DNA of 61,729 nt, the filler included. It is 3 parts of 3 records of this genome, joined end to end, with 100 filler letters (N's around TTAATTAATTAA, not from the genome) between each part and the next. Parts side by side here need not be neighbours in the genome. Positions count along the whole stretch, not along the records: positions 1 to 26,118 come from SRR31156797_1940; positions 26,219 to 41,389 come from SRR31156797_1945; 1 more part is not named here. One strand, written 5' to 3'. The position numbers were made by a program, and so were the translations under genes. Below are positions 21,375-28,377 of this stretch, piece by piece. A model generated the notes under the pieces. That model was given only the letters and a program-made list of their open reading frames with translations, was not told the origin of the DNA and searched no databases. The first letter of the stretch is position 1; each line of letters begins with the position of its first letter.

Positions 21375-22298
21375 ATGGCTAAAATACTAGTAGCAACAGA
21401 AAAACCGTTTGCTCCGGCTGCAGTGAACGATATCAAGAGAATTGCTGAAGAGGCAAACTACGAAGTTGCATTATTGGAAAAGTATGAATCAAATGATCAG
21501 TTATTGCAAGCAGTAGCTGATGCCGATGCATTGATTGTACGTAGCGATAAAGTAACTAAAGAGGTTATTGAAGCCGGAAAGAATCTTAAAATCGTTGTAC
21601 GTGCTGGAGCTGGATATGACAATGTTGATCTTGAAGCTGCTTCTGCAAACGATGTAGTTGTGATGAATACACCAGGGCAAAATTCAAACGCCGTAGCTGA
21701 ATTAGCTTTAGGTATGATGGTATTACTAGCTCGTGGTGGTTACAATGGAAAAGCTGGAAGCGAATTACGCGGTAAAACTATTGGTATTCATGCTTATGGT
21801 AATGTAGGTCGCTACGTGGCTGAAATTGCCAAAGGCTTTGGAATGGAAGTAGCAGCTTTTGACCCATTTGTTGAAAAAGCAGCAATGGAGAAAGAAGGAG
21901 TGAAAGATTACGATTCAGTGGAAGAATTATATAGTAACTGTCAGTATGTTTCTTTGCACATACCAGCTAATGATAAAACCAAAAAATCAATTGGTTACGA
22001 TTTATTAACCAAGATGCCTGCAAATGGAGTATTGGTAAATACAGCCCGCAAAGAGGTGATAGATGAAGAGAGCATGGTTAAAGCTATGGAAGAGCGCACA
22101 GATTTAAAATATATTTCAGATATCGCACCTGATAATGCTGATGTTTTTCCACAAAAATTTGAAGGCCGATTCTTCTTTACACCAAAGAAAATGGGTGCAC
22201 AAACAGCAGAAGCAAATATCAATGCAGGTATTGCAGCGGTTAATCAAATCATCAATTTCATCGAAAAAGATGACCGCACATTCCAGGTAAATAAATAA
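21375..22298 (+). CDS. serA: D-3-phosphoglycerate dehydrogenase, short ACT-less type with catalytic Lys
   Basis: VRAGAGYDNVD, NTPGQNSNAVAE, VNTAR, TPKKMG in place of TPH; adjacent to serC. Confidence 0.85.
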   Translation: MAKILVATEKPFAPAAVNDIKRIAEEANYEVALLEKYESNDQLLQAVADADALIVRSDKVTKEVIEAGKNLKIVVRAGAGYDNVDLEAASANDVVVMNTPGQNSNAVAELALGMMVLLARGGYNGKAGSELRGKTIGIHAYGNVGRYVAEIAKGFGMEVAAFDPFVEKAAMEKEGVKDYDSVEELYSNCQYVSLHIPANDKTKKSIGYDLLTKMPANGVLVNTARKEVIDEESMVKAMEERTDLKYISDIAPDNADVFPQKFEGRFFFTPKKMGAQTAEANINAGIAAVNQIINFIEKDDRTFQVNK

Positions 22299-22343
22299 TT
22301 AATTGTGTAACTGCGCTAAAGCGCAATAATAAATAGATATAAA

Positions 22344-23588
22344 ATGGCGAGAATAAAACCATTCAAAGGAGTAAGGCCTCCAAAAGAGTTGGCCAGTGAA
22401 GTGGCTTCACGTCCATACGATGTGATGAACTCTGAAGAAGCCCGTGAGGAAGCAACAGAAAAATCTCTTTTACACATTATTCGTCCTGAAATTGATTTCG
22501 CACCAGGGTATGATGAGCATGCTCCTGAAGTGTATGACAAAGCTGTTGAGAATTTTGCTAAATGGCAAAAAGAAGGATGGCTTCTACAAGACGAAAAAGA
22601 GCATTATTATATTTATGCTCAAACGATGGACGGACGCACACAATACGGTTTAGTTGCCGGTGCACATGCTGATGATTATTTCAACGATGTAATCAAAAAA
22701 CATGAGCTAACTCGTCCAGAGAAAGAAGAAGACCGTATGAAGCACGTTGAAATCAACAATGCTAATATGGAACCTGTGTTTTTCTCATATCCTGCTGTAG
22801 ATGAGATGGATGCTATCGTTAAAAAGGTAGTTGATAGTAAAGCTCCAGAGTATGATTACGTTGCTCCAGATGGTTTCGGACATCACTTTTGGGTAGTAGA
22901 TAACGAAGAGGATATCAAGAAGATTACCGAAATCTTCGAAACTAAAGTGCCTGCAACTTATGTAGCCGATGGTCACCACAGAACAGCTGCGGGTGCTCGC
23001 GTAGCTAAAAAACAAGCTGAAGCTAATCCAAATCACACTGGCGATGAGGAGTACAACTATTTCTTAGCTGTACATTTCCCAGATAATCAATTGCATATTA
23101 TTGATTATAACCGTGTAGTGAAAGATTTAAACGGTTTAACTGCTGATCAGTTTATTGAAAAGTTAGGTAAAAACTTTGAAGTATCTGAAGTAGGAGCAGA
23201 GGCTTACAAGCCAGTAAAATTGCATGAGTTTGGAATGTATTTAGAAGGTAAATGGTACAAGTTAGTTTCTAAAGCAGGTACCTATAACGATGAAGATCCA
23301 ATTGGAGTGCTTGATGTAACTATTCTTTCAAACCTTGTGTTAGATGAATTGTTGGGAATCAAAGATTTGCGTCGTGATAAACGCATTGATTTTGTAGGTG
23401 GAATTCGTGGTTTAGGCGAATTAGAGCGTCGCGTAGACAATGGTGAAATGAAAGTAGCCTTCTCAATGTATCCTGTAACAATGAAGCAATTAATTGACAT
23501 TGCAGATACAGGTAACATTATGCCTCCAAAAACTACATGGTTCGAACCAAAACTACGTAGTGGTTTAGTGATTCATAAATTAGACTAA
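22344..23588 (+). CDS. DUF1015 family protein (ParB/Srx-like DGHHR motif)
   Basis: PYDV, HELT, YVADGHHR, MPPKTTWFEPKLRSGL. Confidence 0.92.
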   Translation: MARIKPFKGVRPPKELASEVASRPYDVMNSEEAREEATEKSLLHIIRPEIDFAPGYDEHAPEVYDKAVENFAKWQKEGWLLQDEKEHYYIYAQTMDGRTQYGLVAGAHADDYFNDVIKKHELTRPEKEEDRMKHVEINNANMEPVFFSYPAVDEMDAIVKKVVDSKAPEYDYVAPDGFGHHFWVVDNEEDIKKITEIFETKVPATYVADGHHRTAAGARVAKKQAEANPNHTGDEEYNYFLAVHFPDNQLHIIDYNRVVKDLNGLTADQFIEKLGKNFEVSEVGAEAYKPVKLHEFGMYLEGKWYKLVSKAGTYNDEDPIGVLDVTILSNLVLDELLGIKDLRRDKRIDFVGGIRGLGELERRVDNGEMKVAFSMYPVTMKQLIDIADTGNIMPPKTTWFEPKLRSGLVIHKLD

Positions 23589-23610
23589 TTTCGATTTAGA
23601 TAAATATCTG

Positions 23611-23644
23611 AAGCGACTTTCCATTTGGGGAGTCGCTTTTTTTT
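23611..23644 (+). terminator. Intrinsic terminator of the ser operon
   Basis: aagcgacttt cc…gg ggagtcgc followed by T8. Confidence 0.8.
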
Positions 23645-23650
23645 GATATC

Positions 23651-23821
23651 AGTCGGGGTCTGACTTGTTTAATTCTTTTTGGATGATAATTTTTCCTTAG
23701 AATTGTAAATTTAATAGTCGGGCCCCGATTATTTTTGATTGGAAGCAAGCCGTAGTTCGTTGAGTAGCTTCTGGGTAGGGTTTTATGCGAATCGAAACGA
23801 ACGGTCATTTCGATTCCGCAT
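23651..23821. repeat. Cluster of REP-like palindromes
   Basis: agtcggggtctgact (23651-23665), agtcgggccccgatt (23716-23730), atgcgaatcgaaa…tttcgattccgcat (23785-23821). Confidence 0.5.
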
Positions 23822-23941
23822 TACTTATCCCAATGGACAGATAAAGGTTTGCAATAGTATGTTTTTGAATATTATTTGCTATAAACAGTTGCCTTTATAC
23901 CAGGTTGAATTACCTTTTGTATCTGCATTGAATTGCAAAGA

Positions 23942-23990
23942 ACTAATAATTAAACATTACACATTAATAATTAATAACTAATCATTAATA
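23942..23990. repeat. Degenerate heptamer array, 7 units (attaata-like)
   Basis: actaata attaaac attacac attaata attaata actaatc attaata. Confidence 0.65.
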
Positions 23991-23994
23991 AATT

Positions 23995-24028
23995 AAAAAC
24001 GGTTCACCCCATGGTAAACCGCTTTTTT
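23995..24028. terminator. Hairpin terminator downstream of the 24089-24667 gene
   Basis: aaaaacggtt cacc…ggtaaaccgc followed by T6; A- and T-tracts on both sides. Confidence 0.6.
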
Positions 24029-24088
24029 GTTAAACCTCCCAAGAATTTCAAATAATGAAACTCTCTTAAGAATCTCCGATACTAAAAC

Positions 24089-24667
24089 CTACTCTATGTT
24101 AACTACTTCGTATAATAGTTTGCCCTCTTTGTTTATAATTGGTTTGAAATATATTTCTTCTAGTTTGTATAGAGTTTCTCCTTTAATCTCAACTTCTTCT
24201 AGTCCTTCTGGTAAATCCTCAACTTTAGCACCAACAGGCGGATTAATAGTTTCATATGTTTTGTCTTCAAGTTGAATATAGAAATTTCCATAATAGTAAT
24301 AGTAAGGCTTCAATTTGACAAATAATTTGGTCGCTGTGGCAGGTAGAATATTGACTCTTATGCCAATTGGAGCTCTTACAATTCGATACTTGTTATTTAT
24401 TTTACGGTAATAAATCCCTGAGTGGAAATAATAATGATGTTTTTTGTACTTAATTAGTTTTGATTTTGCATGAAGCTTATTAACCCGTGCTCCCCATTTT
24501 GGTAATGCTGCATATCTACCAGGTTTTTTATGAGTTTTTATGATATGCCTTTTCTTTGCATTCTGAGCATAATGAATTTTATGCCTTTTTCTCTGTGCTT
24601 GACTATCAGAGAATGGATAAATTATAAAAATGGCTAGTAAATGTCCGATGTAAATTGAATTTCTCAT
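24089..24667 (-). CDS. DUF6515-like exported basic protein
   Basis: Signal peptide, K/H-rich N-terminus, YYFHSGIYYR, PIGIRV.LP, PPVGA.V..LP repeats. Confidence 0.7.
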   Translation of the reverse strand: MRNSIYIGHLLAIFIIYPFSDSQAQRKRHKIHYAQNAKKRHIIKTHKKPGRYAALPKWGARVNKLHAKSKLIKYKKHHYYFHSGIYYRKINNKYRIVRAPIGIRVNILPATATKLFVKLKPYYYYYGNFYIQLEDKTYETINPPVGAKVEDLPEGLEEVEIKGETLYKLEEIYFKPIINKEGKLLYEVVNIE

Positions 24668-24837
24668 TGCGGTGTTTTTTGTGTTTATTATTATACCGCA
24701 ATGGCTTTATTTTACCCTACCAAAAAAATAAATTTTTATGTTGAAATAGCCGAAGTCCGGCATTTTATATTGAAAGCTAATAGGTTAGAGATAAATTAAT
24801 ATATTCTTTGCCCAAGGTTCATCAAGCACAGACCTTC

Positions 24838-24886
24838 ACTCTGATCTCTCAACTCAAAACTCTCTACTCTTAACTCAATACTCAAA
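24838..24886. repeat. Degenerate heptamer array, 7 units (actcNNN)
   Basis: actctga tctctca actcaaa actctct actctta actcaat actcaaa, directly after the symporter stop codon. Confidence 0.65.
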
Positions 24887-24891
24887 ACTGT

Positions 24892-25797
24892 TCAGCTTCC
24901 CCAATCTCTTTTACGCTGCACTACGTACCTGTTAAAAACATATCTTTTTAATAGCCATGCAACTCCAGCTGTGGTAAAAAAAGTGAAAGAACTATAAATA
25001 ACTGCTACCACAGCCATAGTATTGTTTTCCAGTAAGGTTTTTGCAATGAATATGGCCAGAGCACTATTTTGTAATCCAACTTCAATACTAATGGTATAAC
25101 TGTTTTTAGGTCCTGTGCCTGCCCACATTCCCACAGCAAATCCTGCAATCATTGATCCAATGTTGAGCATTAAGGCCCACGGTAAGATTTCAATATAATC
25201 ACCAAATTGTGCTGCTTCTTCTTTTTCCTCAAAGAATATTACGACAACAAATACACCTAGTAATAATAAGGTCATAATGTAACGCAACGGTTTTTCAAGA
25301 CTAATGGCCAGTTTTTTACGCCACCATCTTATCATCATACCTGTGAATACCGGTATGGCAATTACAAAAAATACTTCCTGAATTGTAGATGAAATGGGTA
25401 ATTGAATTGTTGATGACTCACCAACAAATAAAGCTAAGGCTAAGCTTACATATAATGGAAGTGATATTAATATAAGTATGCTGTTTAATGAGGAAAGAGA
25501 TACGCATAAAGCAAGATTTCCTTTTAATAAGTGAGTTACAAGATTAGATGCTGTTCCACCGGGGCAGGCAGCAATCAATATAAAACCAACCTTTACGTAA
25601 GGATCAAGATTTGTAAATCCAACCAGCAAAAAAGCAATAAGCGGAAGCAGAATCATTTGGCTGAAAAGCCCGGTTAAAATAGGTCGAGGCCGAACAAAGA
25701 TTTGTTTAAAATCTCTAAATTCCAACGATAAACCCATCCCACCCATAATGATGGCAAGTGTAGCCGGCAGCGCATATTCAGCAAATATCTCTTTCAT
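24892..25797 (-). CDS. Bile acid:sodium symporter (BASS) family protein
   Basis: MGLSL…DF, ACPGGTASN, SIEVGLQNS. Confidence 0.93.
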   Translation of the reverse strand: MKEIFAEYALPATLAIIMGGMGLSLEFRDFKQIFVRPRPILTGLFSQMILLPLIAFLLVGFTNLDPYVKVGFILIAACPGGTASNLVTHLLKGNLALCVSLSSLNSILILISLPLYVSLALALFVGESSTIQLPISSTIQEVFFVIAIPVFTGMMIRWWRKKLAISLEKPLRYIMTLLLLGVFVVVIFFEEKEEAAQFGDYIEILPWALMLNIGSMIAGFAVGMWAGTGPKNSYTISIEVGLQNSALAIFIAKTLLENNTMAVVAVIYSSFTFFTTAGVAWLLKRYVFNRYVVQRKRDWGS

Positions 25798-25948
25798 TAA
25801 ATAAAATTGAAATGCAAAGTTAGTAAATTATTGCTTGTGGTTAAGCTACAGAGAAACTTATTGTTTAAATAAATTTGCGCGTTGTTTTTTTGTCTTATTT
25901 AACTAATTTTAGATGGTGAAATGTAATTGAAAACGATCAATTAATAAC

Positions 25949-26023
25949 TGGCGAGACGAACCTAAATGTTCGCCTCGCCACAGAAAATGGGTGGCGAGGA
26001 ATAAGTTAATTGCACCTCGCTGC
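25949..26023. repeat. REP-like hairpin and a degenerate second copy
   Basis: tggcgagacgaac-ctaaat-gttcgcctcgcca followed by gtggcgagg…cctcgc. Confidence 0.55.
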
Positions 26024-26089
26024 TAGATAGGCTTTATTTTAGGATAGACTGAAAAACAGATAGTTACTTGTATTTTGAAATAATTGCAT

Positions 26090-26118
26090 TACCTTTGATA
26101 CTATCATATGATACTATC
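26090..26118 (+). promoter_or_regulatory. Bacteroidetes -7 element overlapped by tandem palindromic operators
   Basis: TACCTTTG (26090-26097), then TGATACTATCA twice (second copy cut by the contig end). Confidence 0.45.
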
Positions 26119-26218
26119 NNNNNNNNNNNNNNNNNNNNNNNNNNNNNNNNNNNNNNNNNNNNTTAATTAATTAANNNNNNNNNNNNNNNNNNNNNNNNNN
26201 NNNNNNNNNNNNNNNNNN
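26119..26218. other. Artificial contig linker
   Basis: 44 N + TTAATTAATTAA (stops in all six frames) + 44 N. Confidence 0.99.
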
Positions 26219-26246
26219 TGATATTTTTTCCTTAAGTTTACAAGTA

Positions 26247-26308
26247 TGTACGGGGGTCTACCCCTACGGTTTAATGCTTTTGTAGGGGCTGACTCCTATG
26301 TCAGCCCT
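26247..26308. repeat. GTAG-type REP pair
   Basis: GTAG-GGGCTGAC-tcctat-GTCAGCCC on + and a degenerate GTAGGGG copy on -. Confidence 0.65.
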
Positions 26309-26316
26309 GAATTATT

Positions 26317-27165
26317 CTATATAGTCTCTAATAATTTTACTATACTTTCATCTGTATTGTTAAAAGTAATTCCAAAATTTGCGATTTTAGAAGTATTAAG
26401 TCTTACATCTCTTGCTTTTTCAGTATACTTATTATCTCTGATTAAAATTTCTTCTATATTATCTCTACCCATTTTTTCAAGTACTAATTTAACAACATCA
26501 TATCTGCTAAGCGGGTTATGAGAACCAATGTGATATGTTCCGTAAGGAATATCAAATATTTTAGAGAAATTTTCTACCATTTCATAAACATAAGTCATTC
26601 CTCTATATTCATCAGGACTTGCTTTTATTTGCTCTCCCTTTAATATAGATTTGAAGCTGTCCCACACAACATTAGCAGCCATATTACAGTTATATTCAGG
26701 AATCCCGAACATCCAAGTAAATCTAATAACCCATAATTCATTAATAATTTCTTTTAATTTTCCTTCTGCTTCCAGCTTATTTTCACCGTAAACTGTATTT
26801 GGTTTTGGAGTGTTATCCTCTGTATATGGACCAGATTCTGTATTACCGTTGAATACCTGCTCGGTACTTAAGAATACTAATTTTGCTCCTACCTCTTTTG
26901 CTGCTTTAGCTACGTTAATTGCACCTTGTACGTTAATCTTATGTGCGATCTCAGGGTTTTTATTACAGAAATCCGTAACTGCAATTGCAGCAGCATGAAT
27001 AACATAATCAGGGTTTTCAGCTTTCACCATATCCATAACTTTTGTTTCGTCTGTGATATCCAGATCATCTTTATCAGTTGAGATGATTTCAAACTCTTTA
27101 GCATATCTTTTCTTAAATCTTGAACAGAAAAATCCATTTCCACCAGTTAAAAAAATCTTTTTCAT
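26317..27165 (-). CDS. RmlD-like extended SDR NAD(P)H-dependent sugar reductase
   Basis: IFLTGGNGFF, LDITD, VIHAAA, LSTEQVF, VYGENKLEAE (YxxxK); SD AGGAGG. Confidence 0.85.
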   Translation of the reverse strand: MKKIFLTGGNGFFCSRFKKRYAKEFEIISTDKDDLDITDETKVMDMVKAENPDYVIHAAAIAVTDFCNKNPEIAHKINVQGAINVAKAAKEVGAKLVFLSTEQVFNGNTESGPYTEDNTPKPNTVYGENKLEAEGKLKEIINELWVIRFTWMFGIPEYNCNMAANVVWDSFKSILKGEQIKASPDEYRGMTYVYEMVENFSKIFDIPYGTYHIGSHNPLSRYDVVKLVLEKMGRDNIEEILIRDNKYTEKARDVRLNTSKIANFGITFNNTDESIVKLLETI

Positions 27166-27188
27166 TTTGCTTTAGCCTCCTATAATTG

Positions 27189-27233
27189 TTTTTCTAAAGT
27201 CAAAGCGAACTAATTTGACTTTGTTTAGAAAAA
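27189..27233 (-). other. Bulged stem-loop before SD (copy A)
   Basis: tttttct-aaac-aaagtcaaa-N9-tttgacttt-agaaaaa, then caattatAGGAGG. Confidence 0.7.
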
Positions 27234-27277
27234 TAATACTTAATAATAAATAATTGTAAAAAATATTAGGTTTTATA

Positions 27278-28099
27278 TTATCCACCTATAATTGTTTTAA
27301 ATCCTTTATCTAAAATATATTGTTTTAAATTTTCAACACTCTCTTCACTTGGAGGTTTAATCTCCTCCAGCTCATACTCTTTGTTCAGATACTTATATTT
27401 ATTACTACCATATTGATGAAATGGAAGTATATGTATTTCTTCAAAACTTTTTTCATTCATATAATCTAATATTGCGTCTATATTCTCTTTTTGATCCGTA
27501 TAATATGGAATAAACGGGAATCTGATAATCACTTTATCTGAGAAATTTTGGAATATTTCCAGATTTTTTTTAATCAAATTAATATTACCGCTAATTACTT
27601 CTTTACACTCTTTGTTATCCATTATTTTTAGATCAAACAGAACTTCGTTACAATATTTTGCAACATCCTCAATTTTATTGCTATTTCCCATACCACAAGT
27701 TTCAATTGCGGTATTTATACCAAGTCTTCTTAACTCTTTCAATAGCATAGTTGCAAAATCACTCTGCATCAGCACTTCTCCGCCTGATAAAGTAACTCCA
27801 CCACCGGAAGCTTGATAAAACTGCATATCTTTTTTTATCTCAAAAATGATCTCATCTAAGTTGTACCATTTACCTGTAGAATTATATGCATTTGTCGGGC
27901 ATTCATATTCATCGTTTTCGCAGTTCGTGCAGCCTCTGCATCTATCCTCATTTCGCATCATCTCTACATTGGACTTTTGAGATTCAGGGTTTGAGCACCA
28001 AGGACATGTTAACGGACATCCTTTGAAGAAAACGATAGTTCTTATTCCCTCTCCGTCGTTTAATGAATATCTTTGTATGTTGAATATTAATCCCTTCAT
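27278..28099 (-). CDS. pflC: Glycyl-radical enzyme activating enzyme (PflC-like radical SAM)
   Basis: DGEGIRT, CPLTCPWC, auxiliary CRGCTNC…CP, GGGVTLSGGE, LPFHQYG; ATG at 28099 with SD. Confidence 0.88.
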   Translation of the reverse strand: MKGLIFNIQRYSLNDGEGIRTIVFFKGCPLTCPWCSNPESQKSNVEMMRNEDRCRGCTNCENDEYECPTNAYNSTGKWYNLDEIIFEIKKDMQFYQASGGGVTLSGGEVLMQSDFATMLLKELRRLGINTAIETCGMGNSNKIEDVAKYCNEVLFDLKIMDNKECKEVISGNINLIKKNLEIFQNFSDKVIIRFPFIPYYTDQKENIDAILDYMNEKSFEEIHILPFHQYGSNKYKYLNKEYELEEIKPPSEESVENLKQYILDKGFKTIIGG

Positions 28100-28118
28100 T
28101 TGAATCAATCCTTAATTA

Positions 28119-28164
28119 TTTTTTTAAGTCAAAACGAACCAATTTGACTTTGCTTTAAAAAAAA
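28119..28164 (-). other. Bulged stem-loop before SD (copy B)
   Basis: ttttttt-aaagca-aagtcaaa-N9-tttgactt-aaaaaaa, then taattAAGGA. Confidence 0.7.
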
Positions 28165-28194
28165 TTTCTTTAATTATTTTTTAGTAAATATTTT

Positions 28195-28362
28195 TCTAAA
28201 ACCGTACTAACGTGTAAGTGAAAGTGAACAGGCGTCTAATCACAGCATCTAGATTAATCGATTAAATAAATAGGCTATGTTTTATGTTGTTATCGATTAA
28301 TATTGAAGTGTTTTATCTTCAAATTGAGAATGCTGTGATAAACCACGCTAGCACGGTTTAGA
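28195..28362 (-). ncRNA. Putative ~170-nt multi-stem structured RNA between pflD and pflC
   Basis: Four helices; closing-stem mismatches are G-U only on the transcribed strand. Confidence 0.5.
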
Positions 28363-28377
28363 TATTTTAATTAATAA

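Noticed and set aside
24734-24775. Direct repeat ttttat(g/a)ttgaaa as a LytTR-type site
   Set aside because: AT-rich, spacing of 29 bp is atypical and no regulator is nearby
26163-26174. TTAATTAATTAA palindrome inside N runs (also 41434-41445)
   Set aside because: Synthetic six-frame stop linker, not biological
26317-27165. True rmlD of rhamnose biosynthesis
   Set aside because: No rmlABC nearby and motifs are altered; kept as RmlD-like only
28195-28362. pfl (ZTP) riboswitch or 6S RNA
   Set aside because: I could not recognise ZTP aptamer consensus or the symmetric central bubble of 6S; PflD is not a true PFL; only an Rfam scan would settle it
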